Shown in pieces: positions 13,801-28,800 of a stretch of DNA of 64,000 bases (position 1 is its first letter; each line of letters starts with the position of its first letter). The DNA is from Eledone cirrhosa (taxonomy: Eukaryota), in assembly GCA_964016885.1 (NCBI GenBank), contig OZ024744.1, forward strand, positions 19,282,001-19,346,000, in the 5' to 3' direction. The translations under genes and the position numbers were made by a program. A model generated the notes under the pieces. That model was not told where the DNA came from. It ran no database searches and worked only from the letters and a program-made list of their open reading frames with translations.

Positions 13801-16800
13801 TATGTCTGTGTCACTGTATATGTCACTGTGTGTTTCTGTATGTCTGTGTCACTGTGTATGTCACTGTGTGTTTCTGTATGTCTGTGTCACGGTGTATGTC
13901 ACTGTATGTTTGTGTATGCCTGTGTCACTCTTATATCAATGAATGTTTCTGTATGTCTATGTCTCTGTGTATGTCACTGTATCTTTGTGTATGTCTGTGG
14001 CACTCTGTATGTCATTGTGTGTTTCTGTATGTCTGTGTCACTGTCTATGTCACTGTATCTTTGTGTATGTCTGTGTCACTGTGTATGTCACTGTGTGTTT
14101 GTGTATGCCTGTGTCACTGTGTATGTCACTGTATGTTTATGTATGCCTGTGTCACTGTGTATATCAATGTATGTTTCTGTATGTCTATGTCTCTGTATGT
14201 CACTGTATCTTTGTGTATGACTGTGTCACTGTGTATGTCACTGTGTGTTTGTGTGTGTCTGTGTCACTGTGTATGTCACTGTATGTTTCTCTATGTCTGT
14301 GTCACTGTGTATGTCACTGTATGTTTCTGTATGTCGGTGTCACTGTGTATGTCACTGTATGTTTATGTATGTCTGTGTCACGGTGTATGTCACTGTATGT
14401 TTGTGTATGTATGTGTCACTGTGTATGTCACTGTATGTTTCTGTATGTCTGTGTCACTGTGTATGTTACTGTATCTTTGTGTATGTCTGTGTCACTGTGT
14501 ATGTCACTGGGTGTTTCTGTATGTCTGTGTCACTGTGTATCTCGCTGTGTGTTTCTGTATGTCTGTGTATCTGTGTATGTCACTGTATCTTTGTGTATGT
14601 CTGTGTCACTATGTATGTCACTGTGTGTTTCTGTATGTCTGTGTCACTGTGTATGTCACTGTATGTTTCTGTATGTCTGTGTCACTGTGTATGTCACTGT
14701 ATGTTTGTGTGTGTCTGTGTCACTGTGTATGTCACTGTGTTTTTGCGTGTGTCTGTATCACTGTGTATGTCACTGTGTGTTTGTGTATGTATGTGTCACT
14801 GTGTATGTCACTGTGTGTTTCTGTATGTCTGTGTCACTGTGTATGTTACTGTGTGTTTCTGTATGTCTGTGTCACTGTGTATGTCACTGGGTGTTTCTGT
14901 ATGTCTGTGTCACTGTGTATCTCGCTGTGTGTTTCTGTATGTCTGTGTATCTGTGTATGTCACTGTATCTTTGTGTATGTCTGTGTCACTATGTATGGCA
15001 CTGTGTGTTTCTGTATGTCTGTGTCACTGTGTATGTCAATATGTTTGTATGTATTTGTGTCACTGTGTATGTCACTGTATGTTTCTGTATGTATGTGTCA
15101 CTGTGTATGTCACTGTATGTTTGTGTGTGTCTGTGTCACTGTGTATGTCACTGTGTTTTTGCGTGTGTCTGTGTCACTGTGTATGTTACTGTGTGTTTGT
15201 GTATGTATGTGTCACTGTGTATGTCATTGTGTGTTTCTGTATGTCTGTGTCACTGTGTATGTCACTGTATGTTTGTGTGTGTCTGTGTCACTGTGGATGT
15301 CACTGTGTGTTTCTGTATGTCTGTGTCACTGTGTATGTCATTGTGTGTTTCTGTATGTCTGTGCGACTGTGTATGTCACTGTATGTTTCAGTATGTCGGT
15401 GTCACTGTGTATGTCACTGTATTTTTGTGTATGTCTGTATCACTGTGTATGTCACAGTATGTTTCTGTATGTCTGTGTCACTGTGTATGTCAATGTGTGT
15501 TTCTGTATGTCTGTGTCACGGTGTATGTCACTGTATGTTTGTGTATGTATGTGTCACTGTGTATGTCACTGTATGTTTCTGTATGTCTGTGTCACTGTGT
15601 ATGTCACTGGGTGTTTCTGTATGTCTGTGTCACTGTGTATCTCGCTGTGTGTTTCTGTATGTCTTTGTATCTGTGTATGTCACTGTATGTTTGTGTATGT
15701 CTGTGTCACTGTATCTTTGTGTGTGTCTGTGTCACTGTGTATGTCACTGTATCTTTGTGTGTGTCTGTGTCACTGTGTATGTCACCCTATGTTTGTGTAT
15801 GTCTGTGTCACTGTGTATGTCACTGTATGTTTCTGTATGTCTGTGTCAATGTGTATGCCAATGTGTGTTTCTGTATCTCTGTGTCACGGCGTATGTCACT
15901 GTATGTTTGTGTATGTCTGTGTCACTGTCTATGTCACTGTGTGTTTCTGTATGTCTGTGTCATTGTGTACGTCACTGTATGTTTCTGTATGTCTGTGTCA
16001 CTGTGTATATCACTGTGTGTTCCTGTATGTCTGTGTCACTGTGTCTCTGTGTATGTTTGTGTATGTCTGTGTCACTGTGTATGTCACTGTATCTTTGTGT
16101 ATGTATGTGTCACCGTGGATGTCACTGTATCTTTGTGTATGTCTGTGTCAGTGTCAATGTCACTGTATCTTTGTGTATGTCTGTGTCACTGTGTATGTCA
16201 CTGTGTGTTTGTGTATGCATGTGTCACTGTGTATGTCACTGGGTGTTTCTGTGTGTCTGTGTCACTCTGTATGTCACTGTATCTTTGTGTATGTCTGTGT
16301 CACCGTGTATGTCACTGTATCTGTGTGTATGTATGTGTCACTGTGTATGTTACTTTGTGTTTCTGTATGTCTGTGTCACGGTGTATGTCACTGTATGTTT
16401 GTGTATGTCTGTGTCACTGTGTATGTCATTGTGAGTTTATGTATGTCTGTGTCACTGTGTAAGTCACTGTGTGTTTCTGTATGTTTGTGTCACTGTGTAT
16501 GTCACTGTATCTTTGTGTATGTCTGTGTCACTGTGTATGTCACTGTGTGTTTCTGTATGTCTATGTCTCTGTGTATGTCACTGTATCTTTGTGTATGTCT
16601 GTGGCACTTTGTATGTCATTGTGTGTTTCTGTATGTCTGTGTCACTGTCTATGTCACTGTATATTTGTGTATGTCTGTGTCACTGTGTATGTCACTGTGT
16701 GTTTGTGTATGCCTGTGTCACTGTGTATGTCACTGTGTGTTTCTGTATGTCTGTGTCACTGTGTATGTCACTGGGTGTTTCTCTATGTCTGTGTCACTTT

Positions 16801-19800
16801 GTATGTCACTGTATCTTTGTGTATATCTGTGTCACCGTGTATGTCACTGTATCTTTGTGTATGTATGTGTCACTGTGTATGTCACTGTGTGTTTCTGTAT
16901 GTCTGTGTCTCTGTGTATGTCACTGTATCTATGTGTATGTCTGTGTCACTGTGTATGTCACTGTGTGTTTGTGTATGCCTGTGTGACTGTGTATTTCACT
17001 GTTTGTTTCTTTATGCCTGTGTCACTGTGTATGTCACTGGGTGTTTCTGTATGTCTGTGTCACTCTGTATGTCACTGTATCTTTGTGTATGTCTCTGTCA
17101 CCGTGTATGTCACTGTGTCTTTGTGTATGTGTGTGTCACCATGTAAGTAATTTATCTTTGTGTATATCTGTCACTGTGTATATCAATGTATGTTTATGTA
17201 TGCCTGTGTCACTGTGTATATCAATGTATGTTTCTGTATGTCTATGTCTCTGTATGTCACTGTATCTTTGTGTATGACTGTGTCAATGTGTATGTCACTG
17301 TGTGTCTGTGTGTGTCTGTGTCACTGTGTATGTCACTGTATGTTTCTCTATGTCTGTGTCACTGTGTATGTAACTGTATGTTTCTGCATGTCTGTGCCAC
17401 TGTGTATGTCACTGTATGTTTCTGTATGTCGGTGTCACTGTGTATGTCAATGTGTGTTTGTGTATGTATGTGTCACTGTGTATGTCACTGTATGTTTATG
17501 TATGTCTGTGTCACTGTGTATGTTACTGTATGTTTCTGTATGTCTGTGTCACTGTGTATGTCACTGGGTGTTTCTGTATGTCTGTGTCACTGTGTATCTC
17601 GCTGTGTGTTTCTGTATGTCTGTGTATCTGTGTATGTCACTGTATATTTGTGTATGTCTGTGTCACTATGTATGTCACTGTGTGTTTCTGTATGTCTGTG
17701 TCACTGTGTATGTCACTGTATGTTTCTGTATGTCTGTGTCACTGTGTATGTCAATGTGTTTGTATGTGTTTGTGTCACTGTGTATGTCACTGTATGTTTC
17801 TGTATGTCTGTGTCACTGTGTATGTCACTGTATGTTTGTGTGTGTCTGTGTCACTGTGTATGTCACTGTGTTTTTGCGTGTGTCTGTGTCACTGTGTATG
17901 TCACTGTGTGTTTGTGTATGTATGTGTCACTGTGTATGTCACTGTGTGTTTCTGTATGTCTGTGTCACTGTGTATGTCACTGTGTGTTTCTGTATGTCTG
18001 TGCCACTGTGTATGTCACTGTATGTTTTTGTATGTCTGTGTCACTGTGTATGTCACTGTATGTTTTGGTATGTCTGTGTCACTGTGTATGTCACTGTGTT
18101 TATGTATGTCTGAGTCACTGTGTATGTCACTGTATGTTTGTGTATGTCTGTGTCACCGTGTATGTCACTGTATATTTGTGTATGTCTGTGTCACTGTGTA
18201 TGTCACTGTATCTTTGTGTATGTCTGTGTCACCGTGTATGTCACTGTATATTTGTGTATGTCAGTGGCACTATGTATGTCATTGTGTGTTTCTGTATGTC
18301 TGTGTCACTCTCTATGTCACTGTATCTTTGTGTATGTCTGTGACACTGTGTATGTCACTGTGTTTTTGCGTGTGTCTGTGTCACTGTGTATGTCACTGTG
18401 TGTTTTTGTATGTCTGTGTCACTGTGTATGTCACTGTGTGTTTCTGTATGTCTGTGTCACTGTGTATGTCACTGTATGTTTGTGTGTGTCTGTGTCACTG
18501 TGTATGTCACTGTGTTTTTGCGTGTGTCTGTGTCACTGTGTATGTCACTGTGTGTTTCTGTATGTATGTGTCACTGTGTATGTAACTGTATATTTGTGTA
18601 TGTTTGTGTCACTGTGTATGTCACTGTCTGTTTATGTATGTCTGTGTAACTGTTTGTGTCACTGTGTGTTTCTGTATGCCTGTGTCTCTGTTTATGTCAA
18701 TGTGTCTTTGTATATGTCTGTGTCACGGCGTATGTCACTGTATGTTTGTGTATGTCTGTGTCACTGTGTATGTCACTGTGTGTTTCTGTATGTCTGTGTC
18801 ACTGTGTATATCACTGGATGTTTGGGTATGCCTGTGTCACTGTGTATGTCAATGTATGTCTCTGTATGTCTGTGTCTCTGTGTATGTCAATGTAACTTTG
18901 TGTGTGTCTGTGCCACTGTGTATGTCACTGTATCTTTGTGTGTGTCTGTATCACTGTGTATGTCACTGTATCTTTGTGTGTGTCTGTGTCACTATGTTTG
19001 TGTATGTCTGTGTCACTGTGTATGTCACTGTATGTTTCTGTATGTCTGTGTCACTGTGTATGTCAATGTGTGTTTCTGTATATCTGTGTCACGGTGTATG
19101 TCACTGTATGTTTGTGTATGTATGTGTCACTGTGTATGTCACTGTATGTTTATGTATGTCTGTGTCACTGTGTATGTTACTGTGTGTTTCTGTATGTCTG
19201 TGTCACTGTGTATGTCACTGGGTGTTTCTGTATGTCTGTGTCACTGTGTATCTCGCTGTGTGTTTCTGTATGTCTGTGTATCTGTGTATGTCACTGTATC
19301 TTTGTGTATGTCTGTGTCACTATGTATGTCACTGTGTGTTTCTGTATGTCTGTGTCACTGTGTATGTCACTGTATGTTTCTGTATGTCTGTGTCACTGTG
19401 TATGTCAATGTGTTTGTATGTGTTTGTGTCACTGTGTATGTCACTGTATGTTTCTGTATGTCTGTGTCACTGTGTATGTCACTGTATGTTTGTGTGTGTC
19501 TGTGTCACTATGTATGTCACTGTGTTTTTGCGTGTGTCTGTGTCACTGTGTATGTCACTGTGTGTTTGTGTATGTATGTGTCACTGTGTATGTCACTGTG
19601 TGTTTCTGTATGTCTGTGTCACTGTGTATGTCACTGTGTGTTTCTGTATGTCTGTGCCACTGTGTATGTCACTGTATGTTTTTGTATGTCTGTGTCACTG
19701 TGTATGTCACTGTATGTTTTTGTATGTCTGTGTCACTGTGTATGTCACTGTGTTTATGTATGTCTGTGTCACTGTGTATGTCACTGTATGTTTGTGTATG

Positions 19801-22800
19801 TCTGTGTCACCGTGTATGTCACTGTATATTTGTGTATGTCTGTGTCACTGTGTATGTCACTGTATCTTTGTGTATGTCTGTGTCACCGTGTATGTCACTG
19901 TATATTTGTGTATGTCAGTGGCACTATGTATGTCATTGTGTGTTTCTGTATGTCTGTGTCACTCTCTATGTCACTGTATCTTTGTGTATGTCTGTGACAC
20001 TGTGTATGTCACTGTGTTTTTGCGTGTGTCTGTGTCACTGTGTATGTCACTGTGTGTTTCTGTATGTCTGTGTCACTGTGTATGTCACTGTGTGTTTCTG
20101 TATGTCTGTGTCACTGTGTATGTCACTGTATGTTTGTGTGTGTCTGTGTCACTGTGTATGTCACTGTGTTTTTGCGTGTGTCTGTGTCACTGTGTATGTC
20201 ACTGTGTGTTTGTGTATGTCTGTGTCACTGTGTATGTCACTGTGTGTTTCTGTATGTCTGTGTCACTGTGTATATCACTGGATGTTTGGGTATGCCTGTG
20301 TCACTGTGTATGTCAATGTATGTCTCTGTATGTCTGTGTCTCTGTGTATGTCAATGTAACTTTGTGTGTGTCTGTGCCACTGTGTATGTCACTGTATCTT
20401 TGTGTGTGTCTGTATCACTGTGTATGTCACTGTATCTTTGTGTGTGTCTGTGTCACTATGTTTGTGTATGTCTGTGTCACTGTGTATGTCACTGTATGTT
20501 TCTGTATGTCTGTGTCACTGTGTATGTCAATGTGTGTTTCTGTATATCTGTGTCACGGCGTATGTCACTGTATGTTTGTGTATGTCTGTGTCACTGTGTA
20601 TGTCACTGTGTGTTTCTGTATGTCTGTGTCATTGTGTATGTCACTGTATGTTTCTGTATGTCTGTGTCACTGTGTATATCACTGTGTATATCACTGTGTG
20701 TTCCTGTATGTCTGTGTCACTGTGTCTCTGTGTATGTTTCTGTATGTCTGTGTCACTGTGTATGTCACTGTATCTTTGTGTATGTATGTGTCACCGTGGA
20801 TGTCACTGTATCTTTGTGTATGTCTGTGTCACTGTCAATGTCACTGTATCTTTGTGTATGTATGTGTCACTGTGTATGTCACTGTGTGTTTGTGTATGCA
20901 TGTGTCAATGTGTATGTCACTGGGTGTTTCTGTGTGTCTGTGTCACTCTGTATGTCACTGTATCTTTGTGTATGTCTGTGTCACCGTGTATGTCACTGTA
21001 TCTTTGTGTGTGTCTGTGTCACTGTGTATGTCACTGTATCTTTGTGTGTGTCTGTGTCACTGTGTATGTCACCCTATGTTTGTGTATGTCTGTGTCACTG
21101 TGTATGTCACTGTATGTTTCTGTATGTCTGTGTCAATGTGTATGCCAATGTGTGTTTCTGTATCTCTGTGTCACGGCGTATGTCACTGTATGTTTGTGTA
21201 TGTCTGTGTCACTGTCTATGTCACTGTGTGTTTCTGTATGTCTGTGTCATTGTGTACGTCACTGTATGTTTATGTATGTCTGTGTCACTGTGTATATCAC
21301 TGTGTGTTCCTGTATGTCTGTGTCACTGTGTCTCTGTGTATGTTTGTGTATGTCTGTGTCACTGTGTATGTCACTGTATCTTTGTGTATGTATGTGTCAC
21401 CGTGGATGTCACTGTATCTTTGTGTATGTCTGTGTCAGTGTCAATGTCACTGTATCTTTGTGTATGTCTGTGTCACTGTGTATGTCACTGTGTGTTTGTG
21501 TATGCATGTGTCACTGTGTATGTCACTGGGTGTTTCTGTGTGTCTGTGTCACTCTGTATGTCACTGTATCTTTGTGTATGTCTGTGTCACCGTGTATGTC
21601 ACTGTATCTGTGTGTATGTATGTGTCACTGTGTATGTTACTTTGTGTTTCTGTATGTCTGTGTCACGGTGTATGTCACTGTATGTTTGTGTATGTCTGTG
21701 TCACTGTGTATGTCATTGTGAGTTTCTGTATGTCTGTGTCACTGTGTATGTCACTGTGTGTTTCTGTATGTTTGTGTCACTGTGTATGTCACTGTATCTT
21801 TGTGTATGTCTGTGTCACTGTGTATGTCACTGTGTGTTTCTGTATGTCTATGTCTCTGTGTATGTCACTGTATCTTTGTGTATGTCTGTGGCACTTTGTA
21901 TGTCATTGTGTGTTTCTGTATGTCTGTGTCACTGTCTATGTCACTGTATATTTGTGTATGTCTGTGTCACTGTGTATGTCACTGTGTGTTTGTGTATGCC
22001 TGTGTCACTGTGTATGTCACTGTGTGTTTCTGTATGTCTGTGTCACTGTGTATGTCACTGGGTGTTTCTCTATGTCTGTGTCACTTTGTATGTCACTGTA
22101 TCTTTGTGTATATCTGTGTCACCGTGTATGTCACTGTATCTTTGTGTATGTATGTGTCACTGTGTATGTCACTGTGTGTTTCTGTATGTCTGTGTCTCTG
22201 TGTATGTCACTGTATCTATGTGTATGTCTGTGTCACTGTGTATGTCACTGTGTGTTTGTGTATGCCTGTGTGACTGTGTATTTCACTGTTTGTTTCTTTA
22301 TGCCTGTGTCACTGTGTATGTCACTGGGTGTTTCTGTATGTCTGTGTCACTCTGTATGTCACTGTATCTTTGTGTATGTCTCTGTCACCGTGTATGTCAC
22401 TGTGTCTTTGTGTATGTGTGTGTCACCATGTAAGTAATTTATCTTTGTGTATATCTGTCACTGTGTATATCAATGTATGTTTATGTATGCCTGTGTCACT
22501 GTGTATATCAATGTATGTTTCTGTATGTCTATGTCTCTGTATGTCACTGTATCTTTGTGTATGACTGTGTCACTGTGTATGTCACTGTGTGTTTGTGTGT
22601 GTCTGTGTCACTGTGTATGTCACTGTATGTTTCTCTATGCCTGTGTCACTGTGTATGTAACTGTATGTTTCTGCATGTCTGTGCCACTGTGTATGTCACT
22701 GTATGTTTCTGTATGTCGGTGTCACTGTGTATGTCAATGTGTGTTTGTGTATGTATGTGTCACTGTGTATGTCACTGTATGTTTATGTATGTCTGTGTCA

Positions 22801-25800
22801 CTGTGTATGTTACTGTATGTTTCTGTATGTCTGTGTCACTGTGTATGTCACTGGGTGTTTCTGTATGTCTGTGTCACTGTGTATCTCGCTGTGTGTTTCT
22901 GTATGTCTGTGTATCTGTGTATGTCACTGTATATTTGTGTATGTCTGTGTCACTATGTATGTCACTGTGTGTTTCTGTATGTCTGTGTCACTGTGTATGT
23001 CACTGTATGTTTCTGTATGTCTGTGTCACTGTGTATGTCAATGTGTTTGTATGTGTTTGTGTCACTGTGTATGTCACTGTATGTTTCTGTATGTCTGTGT
23101 CACTGTGTATGTCACTGTATGTTTGTGTGTGTCTGTGTCACTGTGTATGTCACTGTGTTTTTGCGTGTGTCTGTGTCACTGTGTATGTCACTGTGTGTTT
23201 GTGTATGTATGTGTCACTGTGTATGTCACTGTGTGTTTCTGTATGTCTGTGTCACTGTGTATGTCACTGTGTGTTTCTGTATGTCTGTGCCACTGTGTAT
23301 GTCATTGTGAGTTTCTGTATGTCTGTGTCACTGTGTATGTCACTGTGTGTTTCTGTATGTTTGTGTCACTGTGTATGTCACTGTATCTTTGTGTATGTCT
23401 GTGTCACTGTGTATGTCACTGTGTGTTTCTGTATGTCTATGTCTCTGTGTATGTCACTGTATCTTTGTGTATGTCTGTGGCACTGTGTATGTCACCCTAT
23501 GTTTGTGTATGTCTGTGTCACTGTGTATGTCACTGTATGTCTCTGTATGTCTGTGTCACTGTGTATGTCACTGTATCTTTGTGTGTGTCTGTGTCACTGT
23601 GTATGTCACTGTATCTTTGTGTGTGTCTGTGTCACTGTGTATGTCACCCTATGTTTGTGTATGTCTGTGTCACTGTGTATGTCACTGTGTGTTTCTGTAT
23701 GTCTTTGTATCTGTGTATGTCACTGTATGTTTGTGTATGTCTGTGTCACTGTATCTTTGTGTGTGTCTGTGTCACTGTGTATGTCACTGTATCTTTGTGT
23801 GTGTCTGTGTCACTGTGTATGTCACCCTATGTTTGTGTATGTCTGTGTCACTGTGTATGTCACTGTATGTTTCTGTATGTCTGTGTCAATGTGTATGCCA
23901 ATGTGTGTTTCTGTATCTCTGTGTCACGGCGTATGTCACTGTATGTTTGTGTATGTCTGTGTCACTGTCTATGTCACTGTGTGTTTCTGTATGTCTGTGT
24001 CATTGTGTACGTCACTGTATGTTTCTGTATGTCTGTGTCACTGTGTATATCACTGTGTGTTCCTGTATGTCTGTGTCACTGTGTCTCTGTGTATGTTTGT
24101 GTATGTCTGTGTCACTGTGTATGTCACTGTATCTTTGTGTATGTATGTGTCACCGTGGATGTCACTGTATCTTTGTGTATGTCTGTGTCAGTGTCAATGT
24201 CACTGTATCTTTGTGTATGTCTGTGTCACTGTGTATGTCACTGTGTGTTTGTGTATGCATGTGTCACTGTGTATGTCACTGGGTGTTTCTGTGTGTCTGT
24301 GTCACTCTGTATGTCACTGTATCTTTGTGTATGTCTGTGTCACCGTGTATGTCACTGTATCTGTGTGTATGTATGTGTCACTGTGTATGTTACTTTGTGT
24401 TTCTGTATGTCTGTGTCACGGTGTATGTCACTGTATGTTTGTGTATGTCTGTGTCACTGTGTATGTCATTGTGAGTTTCTGTATGTCTGTGTCACTGTGT
24501 ATGTCACTGTGTGTTTCTGTATGTTTGTGTCACTGTGTATGTCACTGTATCTTTGTGTATGTCTGTGTCACTGTGTATGTCACTGTGTGTTTCTGTATGT
24601 CTATGTCTCTGTGTATGTCACTGTATCTTTGTGTATGTCTGTGGCACTTTGTATGTCATTGTGTGTTTCTGTATGTCTGTGTCACTGTCTATGTCACTGT
24701 ATATTTGTGTATGTCTGTGTCACTGTGTATGTCACTGTGTGTTTGTGTATGCCTGTGTCACTGTGTATGTCACTGTGTGTTTCTGTATGTCTGTGTCACT
24801 GTGTATGTCACTGGGTGTTTCTCTATGTCTGTATCACTTTGTATGTCACTGTATCTTTGTGTATATCTGTGTCACCGTGTATGTCACTGTATCTTTGTGT
24901 ATGTATGTGTCACTGTGTATGTCACTGTGTGTTTCTGTATGTCTGTGTCTCTGTGTATGTCACTGTATCTCTGTGTATGTGTGTGTCACTGTGTATGTCA
25001 CTGTGTGTTTGTGTATGCCTGTGTGACTGTGTATTTCACTGTTTGTTTCTGTATGCCTGTGTCACTGTGTATGTCACTGGGTGTTTCTGTATGTCTGTGT
25101 CACTCTGTATGTCACTGTATCTTTGTGTATGTCTCTGTCACCGTGTATGTCACTGTGTCTTTGTGTATGTGTGTGTCACCATGTAAGTAATTTATCTTTG
25201 TGTATGTCTGTCACTGTGTATATCAATGTATGTTTATGTATGCCTGTGTCACTGTGTATATCAATGTATGTTTCTGTATGTCTATGTCTCTGTATGTCAC
25301 TGTATCTTTGTGTATGACTGTGTCACTGTGTATGTCACTGTGTGTTTGTGTGTGTCTGTGTCACTGTGTATGTCACTGTATGTTTCTCTATGTCTGTGTC
25401 ACTGTGTATGTAACTGTATGTTTCTGCATGTCTGTGCCACTGTGTATGTCAATGTATGTTTCTGTATGTCGGTGTCACTGTGTATGTCAATGTGTGTTTC
25501 TGTATGTCTGTGTCACGGTGTATGTCACTGTATGTTTGTGTATGTATGTGTCACTGTGTATGTCACTGTATGTTTATGTATGTCTGTGTCACTGTGTATG
25601 TTACTGTGTGTTTCTGTATGTCTGTGTCACTGTGTATGTCACTGGGTGTTTCTGTATGTCTGTGTCACTGTGTATCTCGCTGTGTGTTTCTGTATGTCTG
25701 TGTATCTGTGTATGTCACTGTATCTTTGTGTATGTCTGTGTCACTATGTATGTCACTGTGTGTTTCTGTATGTCTGTGTCACTGTGTATGTCACTGTATG

Positions 25801-28800
25801 TTTCTGTATGTCTGTGTCACTGTGTATGTCAATGTGTTTGTATGTGTTTGTGTCACTGTGTATGTCACTGTATGTTTCTGTATGTCTGTGTCACTGTGTA
25901 TGTCACTGTATGTTTGTGTGTGTCTGTGTCACTGTGTATGTCACTGTGTTTTTGCGTGTGTCTGTGTCACTGTGTATGTCACTGTGTGTTTGTGTATGTA
26001 TGTGTCACTGTGTATGTCACTGTGTGTTTCTGTATGTCTGTGTCACTGTGTATGTCACTGTGTGTTTCTGTATGTCTGTGCCACTGTGTATGTCACTGTA
26101 TGTTTTTGTATGTCTGTGTCACTGTGTATGTCACTGTATGTTTTTGTATGTCTGTGTCACTGTGTATGTCACTGTGTTTATGTATGTCTGTGTCACTGTG
26201 TATGTCACTGTATGTTTGTGTATGTCTGTGTCACCGTGTATGTCACTGTATATTTGTGTATGTCTGTGTCACTGTGTATGTCACTGTATCTTTGTGTATG
26301 TCTGTGTCACCGTGTATGTCACTGTATATTTGTGTATGTCAGTGGCACTATGTATGTCATTGTGTGTTTCTGTATGTCTGTGTCACTCTCTATGTCACTG
26401 TATCTTTGTGTATGTCTGTGACACTGTGTATGTCACTGTGTTTTTGCGTGTGTCTGTGTCACTGTGTATGTCACTGTGTGTTTCTGTATGTCTGTGTCAC
26501 TGTGTATGTCACTGTGTGTTTCTGTATGTCTGTGTCACTGTGTATGTCACTGTATGTTTGTGTGTGTCTGTGTCACTGTGTATGTCACTGTGTTTTTGCG
26601 TGTGTCTGTGTCACTGTGTATGTCACTGTGTGTTTGTGTATGTCTGTGTCACTGTGTATGTCACTGTGTGTTTCTGTATGTATGTGTCACTGTGTATGTA
26701 ACTGTATATTTGTGTATGTTTGTGTCACTGTGTATGTCACTGTCTGTTTATGTATGTCTGTGTAACTGTTTGTGTCACTGTGTGTTTCTGTATGCCTGTG
26801 TCTCTGTTTATGTCAATGTGTCTTTGTATATGTCTGTGTCACGGCGTATGTCACTGTATGTTTGTGTATGTCTGTGTCACTGTGTATGTCACTGTGTGTT
26901 TCTGTATGTATGTGTCACTGTGTATATCACTGGATGTTTGGGTATGCCTGTGTCACTGTGTATGTCAATGTATGTCTCTGTATGTCTGTGTCTCTGTGTA
27001 TGTCAATGTAACTTTGTGTGTGTCTGTGCCACTGTGTATGTCACTGTATCTTTGTGTGTGTCTGTATCACTGTGTATGTCACTGTATCTTTGTGTGTGTC
27101 TGTGTCACTATGTTTGTGTATGTCTGTGTCACTGTGTATGTCACTGTATGTTTCTGTATGTCTGTGTCACTGTGTATGTCAATGTGTGTTTCTGTATATC
27201 TGTGTCACGGCGTATGTCACTGTATGTTTGTGTATGTCTGTGTCACTGTGTATGTCACTGTGTGTTTCTGTATGTCTGTGTCATTGTGTATGTCACTGTA
27301 TGTTTCTGTATGTCTGTGTCACTGTGTATATCACTGTGTATATCACTGTGTGTTCCTGTATGTCTGTGTCACTGTGTCTCTGTGTATGTTTCTGTATGTC
27401 TGTGTCACTGTGTATGTCACTGTATCTTTGTGTATGTATGTGTCACCGTGGATGTCACTGTATCTTTGTGTATGTCTGTGTCACTGTCAATGTCACTGTA
27501 TCTTTGTGTATGTATGTGTCACTGTGTATGTCACTGTGTGTTTGTGTATGCATGTGTCAATGTGTATGTCACTGGGTGTTTCTGTGTGTCTGTGTCACTC
27601 TGTATGTCACTGTATCTTTGTGTATGTCTGTGTCACCGTGTATGTCACTGTATCTTTGTGTATGTATGTGTCACTGTGTATGTCACTTTGTGTTTCTGTA
27701 TGTCTGTGTCACGGTGTATGTCACTGTATCTTTGTGTATGTCTGTGTCACCGTGTATGTCACTGTATATTTGTGTATGTCTATGGCACTATGTATGTCAT
27801 TGTGTGTTTCTGTATGTATGTGTCACTGTGTATGTCACTGTATGGTTGTGTATGTCTGTGTCACTGTGTATGTAACTGTATGTTTCTGTATGCCTGTGTC
27901 TCTGTGTATGTCAATGTGTCTTTGTGTATGCCTGTGTCACGGCGTATGTCCATGTGTGTTTCTGTATGTCTGTGTCACTGTGTATGTCACTGTATGTTTG
28001 TGTATGCCTGTGTCACTGTGTATGTCAATGTATGTCTCTGTATGTCTGTGTCTCTGTATATGTCAATGTGTCTTTGTGTGTGTCTGTGTCACTGTGTATG
28101 TCACTGTATCTTTGTGTGTGTCTGTGTCACAGTGTATGTCACTGTATCTTTGTGTGTGTCTGTGTCACTCTGTATGTCACCCTATGTTTGTGTATGTCTG
28201 TATCACTGTGTATGTCACTGTATGTTTCTGTATGTCTGTGTCACTGTGTATGTCAATGTGTGTTTCTGTATCTCTGTGTCACGGTGTATGTCACTGTATG
28301 TTTGTGTATGTCTGTGTCACTGTGTATGTCACAGTGTGTTTCTGTATGTCTGTGTCACTGTGTATGTCACTGTATGTCTCTGTATGTCTGAGTCACTGTA
28401 TATGTCACCGTATCGTTGTGTATGTCTGTGTCACTGTGTATGTCACTGTGTGTTTCTCAATGTCTGTGTCACTGTGTATGCCACTGTGTGTTTCTGTATG
28501 TCTGTGTCTCTGTGTATGTCACTGTATCTTTGTGTATATCTGTGTCACTGTGTATGTCACTGTGTGTTTCTGTATGTCAGTGTCACTGTTTATGTCACTG
28601 TGTGTTTATGTATATCTGTGTCTCTCTGTATGTCACTGTATCTATGTGTATGTCTGTGTCACTGTGTATGTCACTGTGTTTTTGCGTGTGTCTGTGTCAC
28701 TGTGTATGTCACTGTGTGTTTCTGTATGTCTGCGTCGCTGTGTATGTCACTGTGTGTTTCTGTATGTCTGTGTCACTGTGTATGTCACTGTATGTTTTTG